NCBI GenBank assembly: GCA_020891255.1
Contig: BQFW01000007.1
Span: forward strand, 1,426,001-1,490,000
Reading direction: 5' to 3'
DNA from: Entomortierella parvispora E1425
Lineage: Eukaryota > Fungi > Mortierellomycota
DNA length: 64,000 bases
Positions 18,401 to 30,600 of this stretch are shown one piece after another. A program made the translations under genes and the position numbers. How positions within the stretch are numbered: the first letter of the stretch is position 1; each line of letters begins with the position of its first letter. A model generated the notes under the pieces. It had not been told where the DNA came from and made no database searches. It saw only the letters and a list, made by a program, of their open reading frames with translations.

Positions 18401-19785
18401 CTGGAGTCGGAGGGCGTGCCCATTGGTCCTTGGTGGAACCCAACACGTATCTCTTTGAGGGAGCAATCTTGGGCGATATTGAGTACGAGTCTAGTCAGAA
18501 AAGACAACTGACGAAATCGACCTCTGCGGGCGATGTATTGTCCTCTGGCATCAATAAGGGTCGGAAACGTGGACGGTTTGAAAACAGACGCCTTGGGGGT
18601 GCTGCCAATAGTGGTGGCGACGGCTCAAGCAGTGATGCAGATGATGAAGGAGCTTGGAGCAGTCGGAGGTATGGACGGTCTCGGGAAAGGATGGAGATGG
18701 ATCATATTCAGGCGGAAAGCGATAGTGACGACGACAAGAGTGATACCAGTCAAGCGACGATTACCAAAGGCGATTTCATTACCATTGCAGCTGAGAGTCT
18801 TGGTCCCGGTGGCAGCGGTGCTACAGGAACCTCGTGGAGCCCCTATGGCATCCCTTCGTTCAGAGTGCCGACTCCAACCTTTGGACCCAGCAGTGGACCT
18901 GCGATTGTGCTTTCGTCCTCGGCCCCAACAACTTCCTTTGGATTCGGCATCCCCAAATCTAAACCAAAGGGGACTCGGTCTGGAAACACCTCGGATCATC
19001 AAACCAAGACGACCAAGACGTCTTCTCACTTTCAGACAATCAAGGGCTTTGACATTCCAGTCTCGTCTCCCTCTCGATCTGGTCCACTGACTTTTTCGCC
19101 AGCCCCATCGCAGTCAAAACAGGAAGCTGAACCGGAATCTGCGTCTCAAATCTCGCGTTTCCAATTCTTTGAAAATTCAAACGAGCTTCCTCAAGCTATG
19201 GGCGATCCGGACGAGGACGAGGATGACGACGATCAATTCTATCAGCACATCGAGCTCGAGCTCCAAGAGGATGACGATCAACAAGATGAGCTGTACGATA
19301 CACCAAAGGGTGAAGCGGAGGACCCGCACGAGCCGCAGAGAGCAGAACCCATGAGCGAATCGGACAATGTGTATATGTCAGGACATGGCGAGGATCCTCA
19401 GTCATCCTTCCGTACCGGACAGTCCCTTGCGCTACCTGAAGAAGACATGAGGATGCCATCGCCATCGCCATCACCGCAACAAGAAGACCAAGGAGATTCT
19501 GGCCCAAACAGTGGCGACATTGATGATGAGACTTTTCAAGATGCAGAGGAAGATCTGGATGGAGATACGACTCTCAACTTTAGCTTTGCGAGGTCAGGAC
19601 CTTCGAATTCTTTTGGGCAGCGCGGCAATTCACGGGTGCAAGAGAACCAATCGCTGTCGTACGCTCTATCATCACCCTCTCAGTCGTTCATTGAAGCGTT
19701 TATGAATGAGGATTCTCCTCCGCCTCCGTTTTCCTTGACGCAAAGTCATCAGTACCAGCAGCAAAGTCCTCCCGACCAAGAGTAG
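15476..19785 (+). CDS. SIR2: Class I sirtuin (Sir2/Hst1-like NAD+-dependent deacetylase) with long low-complexity N- and C-terminal extensions
   Basis: Motifs VLTGAGVSVSCGIPDFRS, RNYTQNIDTLE, QCHG|SFATASC, KPDIVFFGE, IGSSLKVAPVS, PQILINR. Introns include 16860-16982 and 18107-18196. Confidence 0.93.
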
Positions 19786-20181
19786 AAATGGCTCAAGGAG
19801 AAATGTAATAATTGTAATATTTATATCCATCTGCAACCGTAGAAGGGCTTGCCAATAAAGGAGATGGCAGAAACGCGTGCTTTTCACTTTGCATAGAGCC
19901 AACAACATGAGGGATTTTTTTTTCAATCCTTTTGGGCGTGGTTTGTGGGGGAGAGGGGATGACTGGCGTGGAGGAGGGTGCAAAGCCCAATTTTTCCTTT
20001 TGAAAAAGGCCCGTGGCAGGGGGGTCACAGGCACACGGAAAAATTGCTCGGGTCAGTTAAGGACCGAAAGGCATGGCAACGTTTTTTTTTATTTTTTTTT
20101 ATTTTAATGAACACGATTTACTATTGTAACAAATAAAGATAAAAGAACAGGTCTAAAGTACAGGGAGATGGTGGAGGATCC

Positions 20182-21699
20182 TCAGTTGGTCTCAATGGTA
20201 GTCTGGACAGTCAAAAAGTCGACTGCCCGGGTATGATTTTGCAATGCAGTTTGCTGTTGTTGCTGCGGCTGTTGTTGTTGTTGTTGGCGAAGGAGGTGGC
20301 GACGAGTGCGGCAAAGGGTCTCTTCCGGTGAAGCCTCGTCCTCCTCGCTTGCTGAGGTCGAGATCACGGACAAGGATGTAGACATGAGGTCATCGTACTC
20401 TGGCAAATCCCTGCAATACTGGGGTGGACTCTGGTCCGAGTCATAAAGAGGCAAAGGGGGCATGGGCTCGCCCTCGGTCAAGAACATGGGTCGATCCACG
20501 CTGGGCTCACACCAATCCAGTCCCTCACATGTCCGGTTATCGCACGAGGGCAAAGTCCTGATCACGATGGGAAAGTCAAAGTTGTGGCTCTCGGTCTTCA
20601 AGAAGAAGCGCTCGTTCCAGATCGAGACCTGGACAGAATAAGTGATCTTGAGCGCACTGGACGATTCGGTAGTCGGAGGGGTGATCTTTGGGATGGGGAG
20701 CACCAGACTGAATTCGCCCTTGGGGATCGATTTTCGCTCGTAATGACAGATCACTTCGTCCTCCTTGTAGGTGGTCTCGTTGATCCTGGCTCGGATATGT
20801 CGGGTGAGCGAGAACTGACAACGGTCAATGGCTGCAGCCGCCGTCAGTTTCACATGGACCTGTCCTCCTGGGGTCAGATCGGGTCGAGAAAGCAAGAGGG
20901 CGGTCCCCATCTTGGGGCAAGACTCCTGGATCGGTCCATGTTCCAGTCCTGGGGCTGAGAGAGGCATAAAGTTGATGGTTTTGGCCTTGGACTGCCATTT
21001 GGAGAGTCCATTGGGGCGTCGGTAGTAGGCTGTCAAGGTGTACTGGTTCTTAAGCCAAGGGTGATCAAACGAAGCTGGCAAGTTCTTGTCCGGCAATTGC
21101 ACCGTGAAAGGAAAGATGTGGTTTCCAGCCGGCAGCACTCCCCATTGGTCCTCTGGCAGGGCCTCCCGGGATCCCCAGAGAGTCATGGCCACACTAAAGA
21201 GTCGTCGCATATGATGATCCAGATGATCCTGCTGTTTTGAGCTAGGGTAGTTGGATTCGCCTCTAAAGACAATCTTGAGGGCTGGCAAGGTCATGGGCTT
21301 GTCCAAATGGAGATAGACGACGCCGTGGATGAGATCGCCGGGGTAAAAGATAGGGGAGGAGCTCTTGCACTCGCCATTGTGGGCAATCTCGATTTTGAAC
21401 AGCTTGGGCATTGGACTGGAAACTACAGCTAACGGGGAGACGGGTCGGTCCTGTGGAGGGTTCGTTGCGGGAGTGAACGAGGACGAAGGCACAGAAGTAG
21501 GGGAAGAGTGCTGAGGATTATCGTCTTGAAGAGAGTGGTTGTTGTTATGGCTAAAGTTGGAACGGATGCTGCTCAGGCTTCTGCGGTGCTGAGGGCCCTG
21601 TTCAGGCAGGGGTTCTGCCATGGAGTGGGTATGTGCGTGGGTGTGGAGTGGCTCCTGGGAAGGAAAGTTGTCAGGTAATGGTATTGATGGGTCAGCCAT
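20182..21699 (-). CDS. Alpha-arrestin-like (ART family) protein, 505 aa, intronless
   Basis: Arrestin-N signatures FYPGDLIHGVVYL...LKIVFRGE...GNHIFPFTVQLP...LPASF...QYTL; C-terminal PPQY and LPEY motifs. Start set at MADPS because the upstream ORF extension is a CT-rich UTR. Confidence 0.85.
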   Translation of the reverse strand: MADPSIPLPDNFPSQEPLHTHAHTHSMAEPLPEQGPQHRRSLSSIRSNFSHNNNHSLQDDNPQHSSPTSVPSSSFTPATNPPQDRPVSPLAVVSSPMPKLFKIEIAHNGECKSSSPIFYPGDLIHGVVYLHLDKPMTLPALKIVFRGESNYPSSKQQDHLDHHMRRLFSVAMTLWGSREALPEDQWGVLPAGNHIFPFTVQLPDKNLPASFDHPWLKNQYTLTAYYRRPNGLSKWQSKAKTINFMPLSAPGLEHGPIQESCPKMGTALLLSRPDLTPGGQVHVKLTAAAAIDRCQFSLTRHIRARINETTYKEDEVICHYERKSIPKGEFSLVLPIPKITPPTTESSSALKITYSVQVSIWNERFFLKTESHNFDFPIVIRTLPSCDNRTCEGLDWCEPSVDRPMFLTEGEPMPPLPLYDSDQSPPQYCRDLPEYDDLMSTSLSVISTSASEEDEASPEETLCRTRRHLLRQQQQQQPQQQQQTALQNHTRAVDFLTVQTTIETN

Positions 21700-24502
21700 G
21701 GTGAGTCTATGCGTGGGGTAAAGAACGGATATTGATGAGGAGAAGTAGAAGAGGGGAGGAGAGACAGAAAAGTACAGCTGAAGAGAGGAAGAAGAAGGAG
21801 AAGAGAAGAAGAAGAGAGTGAAGAGGAAGGAGACGAAGGAGAAGAACAACAGAAGGAATAGAAGGAACAGACGAACCCTGTTCAAACGAATGAATGAAAA
21901 AATTAAAAAAAAATAAAAATCTTTTTTTTTTTTTTTCCTTCACCGCTGCACACCCGCTACCCGCTTGTCACCGCTGGACCACCCGCACGCTTTGTGACAT
22001 CAGAAACAACTCAGACAAACTCAAAAAGGGAACACCGAATCGGTGCGCCCGGTCTGTGTCTCTTTGCTTTCTCTCGCTCTGCTGCTCTCTCTCGCCCTCT
22101 CTTGCTCTCCCATCCCATCGTCATGGGTCGAGTGTTCTGTGGGCTGCATCGGCTTCTTCTCTCCACCCCTCCCTCCTGTCTCTCTCCCCTTGCCCCACCC
22201 CTTGGCTGCAACGTTGCTGCCATGCGCTCGTTGGCTCCATCTTTCTCATTTTGTTCTCGACATGTCTCTCCCGGGAACAAGGTCCTCCGGGCTGCCGTGG
22301 GTACATTTCTTTTTCCTCTTGTTTTCTGTCTCTTTTGCCCAAACCAAAAAATGAGGAGAGAGGGCTCTTCAACTCTTTTTTTTTAATGTTTTGCCGCCCC
22401 ACTTTCACTCCTGTCAAAGTGTTTGCCTTTGTTGTTGTTTATTGTCATGTCATCCAAAAACATGAGAAAGCGCCGATACAACACAGAGCATGGGTACCCC
22501 TATACTCTATATCGTATCCCCCAGAGGTACGTCAACCTTTGACCCTGCCCCCTCTCCTACCATTCGTGGTCGTTGCTCCCATCTCCAATTGATCTCGTTC
22601 TGACCCCTCTCCACTACACACGCCTCTGTCTGGTCTCTCTTCACCGCGACAGGAATTCAAGAGTTTTTTTTTTCTCTCCTCCTCTCTCCTTCTTATATGC
22701 AACGTACTGTTCTTTTCTGCACCTCGAAAGGGAGCAGTAATCCAGCAGCGATAACCAGGCTATCTTTTTTTTTTCTGTTCAAATAGACGCGATAGAAGAA
22801 GGTTGAGGGGTATGATAAGATGGATAGCGATGATCTTTGACGCCAGACGCCCTCTTTTGTTGTTGCCTGATCTTCTATGTACCTTTTCGCCTTTTGGTAC
22901 AAGGGTCACTCTTTTGCAACACCAACATCACAAAATGACCGTGCAGAGTTGCGGAGTGACAATGAAGTCTGGATAATCCCCAAAGGGACAGTGCAGGGGG
23001 GTGGAAACAATCGAGGACATCGATGACAACAACAGCAACAACAAAAACAGCAATTGTAGCAACCACAGAAATTGGTCCTTCTGACCCCATTGTTGATTTT
23101 TGTGGAGAAAGAAGAATGGGGACGAGGTCAACGCGAAGGGATGATGAGAATACCAACGACAACAAGAACAAACAATTGTGGGGAAAATAATATCGACAAA
23201 AAGACAAACAACCAAAGGAATGGTGGTGGACTCGCGCTGAAGCAAAATTCTCTTTTTCTGAAAATGCATGAATGAAAATAATAAATTCTGTTGTGGAATT
23301 GAAAAGGCTGCATTGACCACCGTGCGGCCAAAGAAAATACAAGCGACAGCTGAAATGAGTGTGGGAAGAAAAGACGACTTTGAGAAAAAGTCAAATTGTT
23401 GCGAGCAGGTGGAAATTGGCGACCGAGAAGGCCTTGGACCTTCAAAGATGTAAAACAATAATAATATTGCGGGGAAACACAAGCCCAGAGGCAGAAGAGC
23501 TGGGCGATGGTGAGCAATGGCGACGGTTTCTTGCAGAAAGAGCAGCTTCTTACCTGCGGAGAAGAAAATGTGGAGGTGTTCAGAGGAACTTTTAGGCAGA
23601 CAATACGAGGCAAAGAAGGTTTTGAACAAAGCCTGACCTTCGGATGCCTCGGCCCCGTCTGGTTTGTTGGTCATGAGCATTCATGGCAAATTACCTCCAA
23701 ATTTGGCCAATCAGCGGCGAGGGGGGTGTTGGTGGCAACCATCACATGACCGCAAAGTCCAGAGGCATCAAGCCGTTGGATTTCTCAGAGGTCCGTGAGC
23801 CATTCTTCGACTGTTCTCTCGTCCCTTGCCTCCTTCCATCCTCTTTTTTTTCTTTCTTGCCCATCCCACCCGCCTACTCTACCCACGCATCTCCACGTTT
23901 GATCACCTCGATATCTGTATTCCCGAGTCCCCTGTACCTGACTCCCTTTCTCCCTGCCTCCCTGCCTCCGTGCTCATCCTCCGTTCACCAAAATGCCACA
24001 GCTACTGCTAGCAGTACCGCTAGGGAGAACATGGTTCGGTACACGGTATTGGAAGACACCTTCCCTGATGGATTTGCCCGTTGAACTAGAGGTATATTCA
24101 TACTTCGCACCCCATCCTACTTTTTGGTGGAAAGCAACACTCCTATCCGATACATCATTTTTCGTGCGCTCTCGCGTGCCTTTTTTCACACTCCGAGAAG
24201 GAATGAGGGCTGATGCGACTGTAGATGAAGAAACAGGAGGAATGCAGGAGTTGAAGCATGCAGAAAGAGCTCAAATGGATGGAGAAGACCCATTGTACTT
24301 TGTCATCGTAGACGGCAAGTTGAATTTTTTTTTGGAAGAGGTCTAGACGTCGCTCTGCGCAACAACAAACAGCATATCAACAACATCGGTAAACCGATAA
24401 TCGGATTGTCATCCATCATCTTGACGGCTAAATCACCCAGTCGGTCTTCCCCACTCTTTCCCTGGCGCCAGACAAACCCAAAGCAAGGCGCAGTGCAACC
24501 GA

Positions 24503-26123
24503 ATGATGATTATGGTTTTATCCAAACCTCGTTGGGTAACTGGTGGGATGGAACAAAGTCATACTCACTCACCCACTGTTGTCTCTATCTCTCTGATAAC
24601 AGTATATCCCCTATCCGGAGCTGGAGGCAAGGTTCACAAAACTCAACAAGATCGCCCAACGCGTGTATCCCACTCCACGGCCCAATATTATCGCCCTTGT
24701 TCTTTTCAGTTGCCTCTTTGTTGCCGCGGCAGTGGGTGTGGCTCGAGCTGGACGATCAAGCGCGCCTTCATTGTCAGCATTCCAGATCATGGCTCAGAGT
24801 GCCTGCTTTATTCTCCCAGTACTGATCATCCTTTGGATCCGTCTCCGGAAAGATTCAAATGTCAAAGCCAGAAAACTGGTAACACCTGTTCAGGCCACTC
24901 TGGTGTTGTTTTTCTCAGCCAATTGCTCTGGACAAAAGCATGATCGCTAACAGTGCCTTTTTTTTTAACTCGACCTCCAGTTCAAGCGAAGATCCCTAAA
25001 GCTTCTTAGGACATGGACATCTCAGGATTCTGTCACTCATGCCATGCAATGGAAGCTCAGGCAACGCCCAAGGAGCTTGGTTAACCAATGGACCCTAGAA
25101 GGACTACCCCAGCAGGAACAAATAGAGCTGGATCAACATCACCATCAGCGTGAACTTCAGCAGGACGACGATCGGGGATCGATTGAGGTTCAAGAGACAG
25201 GAAATGGAGACCCTGATGTGCCCTCAGATCAAACAGCAGTAGCGGCCTTGCCGACAAACGTCGATCCAACTGTTACGTTACCGAGGAGGACAGCCGATGT
25301 GTACAGCGCGCTAAGGAGCCCCATCTCCATTAGCGCCCCACCGCCGGCTATCGTTTTGATGATGACACCATCGCAGCTACAACAAGAACAAAGTCAATTG
25401 CAGCCCTCTCCAGACTCCCACCAAGTCCAATCCTCGTCTGCAGTCATAGCAACATCTAATCTGGCAGCAAGGCCAGCACCGGATCACCGTTCCACTTGGG
25501 AACCCTGGAAGGATCTCTTCAAGGATCTGTCCTGCTGCGCTTTCTTTTTCCGGGAAGCAAAGGTTTGGGTGATTGAGATCTCGATCCGAGAAGGGGTTGC
25601 AGACGAGTACGCACTCCCAGTCCCCAGTCCAGTCTATTGCGATTATCGACTACCAGAGTACGATGTTGTCATGGGATTGCAATCAGCGGGAACGATGACT
25701 GTGGCTGGATTGTCCGCCGGGGTGACTCCTTCGACGCGCTATGTGGGGCAACCCCCAGCTTATGAAAGCGACTCTGATGATGACTCGGGCAACGATGAGG
25801 ATGCAGACATGGATGATGAGGACCACGATGACGATAGCACTCATACAACGACGGAATCTTCAGTATCATCGCTTCCACAAGAACAACTGCAGCAGCTACA
25901 ACAGTCACATCAGGCTGTGGAAATGACATCCATTGGCGGCGGGTCTGTGATTGTGGAGATGACTTCCATGACAACTGTCGCCTCCTCGACAACCCTGGCC
26001 TCTTCGCTTCCAGCTAAGAATAGCAAGGATGAAGAGGTGGACCCCGATAATTCAAGCAAGGATCCTCGGACGACGGGCAGCAGCAGCCACGGTGGTGGCA
26101 AACGACAAGGGATCGAGGAGTGA
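24503..26123 (+). CDS. Uncharacterised 2-TM membrane protein with PY motifs; 5' end uncertain, may extend to 23993 or 24031
   Basis: Exons 24503-24535, 24603-24878, 24981-26123 splice in phase 0 (SKPRW|YIPYPELEARFTKLN; ARKL|FKRRS). Two hydrophobic helices; LPEY and PPAY motifs in the tail. Confidence 0.7.
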
Positions 26124-27182
26124 TTGTGCGATTGTACTTTAGTCATTTGACACCAAATATACCCATTTTCATTATTTGCCAAAGAGTTTGCCGCGAAAAG
26201 AAAAAAAACAAGGAGAAGGACGGAAATGGGAACAGGCACATGCGATCACGAACCCGCAGATATGCATTCCCGGCAAGCAGATGCTTTTTGTTCATTGTGG
26301 CACCATCGTGTTCGTTGAGACAAACAGCTGTCTTTCGAGCACCCCTCGCGAATGTGAATCCAGGTCGCGTGGTGCGGAGCGGTGTGTTTGTGATCTTGAT
26401 GGCTGTTGGGGTTGCCAGCGATATTGCGAAGAGGAAGGGGCACATGTTCCCCTCGAGGTCACATTGTCTGAGAAAAAAACATATTTTCCCTCCATTTCTG
26501 GAGTTGACCTGTGAGGTGGCGCCTGGTTGGCTACCGACATGGACATATCTTGAGATTGAGGACAGGGCAGAGAGCAGAAGCAGTTGGCGGAGTGGCAATG
26601 ATGAGGAGCTGATGGGAACGAACAGGAGAAGCATGGGTGGACAGACGACCTAAGGGAAAGGTTGTGGGATGGAGCAAAACCATAATTCTGACTCGAAATG
26701 GATCGATGCGATAAAAAAATATCTGGTCGCCCTTTGGGCACAGCATGCATGCAAGCAGGCAGGCAGGCAGGCAGGCATGCACATGTGTCAAGCCAGCAAG
26801 CATGACCCTAATTCTGTGGCCTTTGATTCCGGTTGCTGTGCCATACTTGACCTTCAGTCTGTCTGTCTGGCACCAATTGCAGTCAACGACCTTGCTGCCG
26901 CACCGCGATAAGGTCACTATATTTTGGCCTCGTTGTGAGGTCTGTTTCGTGGTTTCACTCTTTCTTTTTTCCCTTCTCTACGTTCTTCACTTTCACTCTC
27001 TTTCTCTTTCTCTTCTCCACTTGTCCCTTCTTCTTTCTCTCCGCTCTCCTTCTCATTCCTCTTGATTCGCTTACTGGTTGCTATTCCTCGAAGCTTAACC
27101 CATCGTCGCATTCGCATTCCCTCTCTTCCTCCTCATTCTTCTTCCTCCCTTCCTTCGCTGCTGTTTGCAATCGCACCTTACC

Positions 27183-30100
27183 ATGGTTCTCCACACCGCA
27201 CTCTTCTGGCTCGCCAACCAGGGAGCCTCTACAGCTTCAACGCTAGTCGATAATGCCGAGTCTCCTCTGAACATCTATTCCAATATCGCAGGCTCACTCT
27301 CGATCCTTTGCTGGTTCATCGTCTTCACTCCGTAAGTTCCTTTTTTTTTTTATTGTTATTATTTTCCTTTTTGTTTTGTTTTGAACCGTCTTCAAAACAA
27401 AAAGAGTGAACTACACCAGAGTAGAAACTCTTGGGATTGTGCATTTCAGATCATGAGGATCTCGAGATGGAATCAATCTGAACCCAATGATCGTTTGATC
27501 AAATCCCTTGTTCTTTGCCACCAAAAAAAAGTGAGGGTGAAAAATTGCTCCTGCTCCAGGAGTGTGCACACACCCCCTAGAACGGACGACGGCATCTTTA
27601 CAAGGAATGAAATACGAGCAAAGGGTGGGGGGAAGTGGTCGGGTTGTGTGTTTTCTCCTTCATTTTTTTTTTTACTTGTGTTGGATCATCAGGGGCCACT
27701 GAACCTGCTTGACACGATAGTGGTCAAGCAGGGCATTGTGGGTTAGACTTGGAACACTGAGGGGTGCAAAGCAGTAGACGGACATTTGGCCCCTGTCGAG
27801 TGGGGGAAGCTGCAAGGGCAAGACTTTTGGCTCTGGGAAGGGTTGATGCAATTGAACAGGTGTTTCCAAGGGTGCACAAAAAGGAGATCGACCCACACAC
27901 ATGAATGAATGGAGCTAGACACGAGATGATACGGGAACGACATCCACGGATGCACAGGACAGGCAGTGGCAAAGGAGATCCCGAACAGCAGGAACTGGAT
28001 CAAGATCAGTCAGTGAACCCACGACTTTTCCTCCTCAGGGAATTCTCTTTCCCTGACGGAAGAGACAGTATGTCACAGCTGCTGCGGGCCAAGTGCAAAG
28101 ACAACGAGCATGGCAAGGGCGACGATGTCATCTGGTGCAGACAGGACAGGACCAAAAAAGACGAACCTTGTTTGGCATTGTACTCACGAGGACTGATGGG
28201 CACCAACAGAAGGCCGCCATCTTCCCTCGCTTTTTGGCTGTCTTCAATACCGAATCAGGCGGGGATTGGGTTCGACGGTGTCGAAAACTGACTTTTTTTT
28301 TTTTTCTTTTTACCTTTCTTTTTCCTTTTGATAATCTGGAAGGGAAGCAGAGCGGGCACAGAGGGATCCCTGGCTATCGTGTGGTGCAGTCACTGCTGGT
28401 CATGGTTGCACAACACACACAGGGGCACATGGGGCGGGCGCCTCCAGGGCCAACGGTCGAGAGCACTTGTGTTGGAAGACCAGAAACTAACTTGCTTTCC
28501 GTTCTGACATGCCTTCTCACCTAGTCAATTTTGGATCAACTACAAGCGTCAGTCTGGAGAGTCCCTGTCATTAGTCTTCCTATATATCTGGCTGGCCGGC
28601 GACATCATGAACCTGGTCGGCGCCATCATGGAAAACCTGTTGCTCACTATGGTACGTGATATATGGGCTGAAAGGGACCCTCGCTCTCTTCTCTGACTGT
28701 GGGAATGGATTTGCATGTACAGTACAAGTGCAGAGCTATCGGCCGGGACTCGAGGGCTGTGATCGAGTCGCCGCGCGCGCTTTCCTTTTCTGTGCCCAGC
28801 TGCCGCTCGTACGACCACACCAAACCACCTCAGCGATCTTGTTGGCTAATCCTTGTCCCTTTGTTGTTCTTGCTTGCGAACCAATAGCGTATTCTGGCCT
28901 GGTACTATACCATTGCCGATGTAAGTTTGTCTCCAACCCCATGACTTTGTGTGAATTCCATGGGATTGAAAAGAGCCTGCGTTACTGACAACACCATGCT
29001 CTTTTTTGAAAACTAGATTGCCCTGATTGCCCAAATCTTCTACTACCGCAGGACGTCTGTCAAGGCTAGCTTTGAGTCCGTCATCACCCACGCAAGCCCC
29101 GAGAGTATCACTCACTCTCCTTCGCCTGCCCATGGCGAGAATGCCCCTCTCATGGCTGGCTCTTCTTCCCACAACTACTCCAGTGTGGCTGCCTCTGAGC
29201 ATGTCCATGAGAATGAGCATGACCGCGTGATTCACAAGGCTGCCATGGTCGCCAACGCTACGGCTGCCGCCTCTGCCCAGCATGATGATCATACTCTTGA
29301 AGGTGCCCTTTCAGGAGATCGTCATCACCTGCGTCGCCCGTCAACTCACTCGACCATGACCTCAGCTTCAGGGCGCTACCGCTCCAAGGTGACTCGTCGT
29401 CGCAAGCTCATTCGCAAGGCCCTTATGATTGTCTTCCCCATTGTCTCAGTGGCGTTCTTGATCTGGGCTTACCAAGATTGGCTCCAATGCACCATCGGTC
29501 ATGGCGAGGACTCTGATGAGGGATCCCGATGTGGACGCGGTGGCGGTCATGGAAAGCTTCCTCCTTCGCCTCGTCCACCCACTGGAGATGAAGACAGTGA
29601 TTTGATGTCGGTCATGATGGGAGGAAAGAAACACAAGAAGCACCAACCCGAGGAGGACAAGACTGGATTCTACTACACTGTTCTACCATTGCTTCTTGGA
29701 TGGGGAAGTGCCGTCCTTTACCTCGGATCGCGTATTCCTCAGATTTACAAGAACTGGAGACTCAAGTCCTGTGAGGGATTGTCGATCATGATGTTCATGT
29801 TTTCGGTGTTTGGCAACATCTTCTATGTCGCCTCGGTCTTTTTGAACTCTATTGATCTTGACTATCTTATCAAGACCATGCCCTGGTGGTTGGGTTCTGG
29901 TGGTACCTTGGTCTTTGACTTTACCGTACGTGACCGCTAGTTTGTGTGTTGGCCATTTTTTTGTTCTATTGATGTTCATCGCAACTGATCCTGGTATTGC
30001 CGCTTTGTTGTTCCCTCCACAGATCTTTTTCCAATTCTATATCTACCGTCACAACCAGCCATTGACTGAGGCTCTCAAGGAGGCAGCAGCAACTGGCGAG

Positions 30101-30241
30101 CTGGATGAGAATGCCTTGTTGGCCACAGCAGATTCGGACGACGACGAGGCAGCCATCTTGCGTGAGGGCGAAGATTCAGATTCATCCTCGACCACTTTGA
30201 GCCAGAACAACAAGACCACAGATGCCACTGCTCGTGTATGA
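27183..30241 (+). CDS. PQ-loop repeat transporter (Ypq/PQLC2-like vacuolar basic amino acid exporter)
   Basis: PQ loop 1 CWFIVFTP|QFWINYKRQSGESLSLVFLYIWLAGD; PQ loop 2 LYLGSRIPQIYKNWRLKSCEGLS. First intron 27332-28524. Confidence 0.9.
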
Positions 30242-30600
30242 AGCATTCCTTGAGTATTGCATCTCTTTTTTTCCCCATGTCGTTCGGTTTCTTTCGTCAC
30301 CCTTGTTTTATTTTGGTTTTCCTTTTTCTTCTGTTCTGTTTGCTGTCTCTTTTTCTTCCTTTTTCAGTTTATATCTACCTGTACCATATGAGAGTCTTTT
30401 GGGAAGAGAACAAAAAAAACGTGAACGTAGTCATCAGAGAGAGTTTATTAGGTTGTTCTTTTCCGCCCTTTTTTTACATCTCTCTTTTACACTCTGACAC
30501 GTTTTGCTATATCCACGTCTCTTCTTTGTTTCCATTGCTGCTCAATAAACCGTATCCGCAATCCGAACAATATATCTCGTGTTGTTACTATGAACTAGCG

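Noticed and set aside
21700-21885. Hydrophobic N-terminal extension of the arrestin ORF that looks like a signal peptide
   Set aside because: It derives from a CT-rich 5' UTR (F/L/S codons); arrestins are cytosolic.
22875-23749. Several 150-250-aa ORFs between the arrestin and the 2-TM gene
   Set aside because: Low-complexity, F/L/S-biased translations of T-rich intergenic DNA with no motifs or splice logic.
27451-27510. ATGAGGA...CTGA...ATGATCG as a possible snoRNA in the long PQ-loop intron
   Set aside because: No terminal D box and no recognisable rRNA antisense element.
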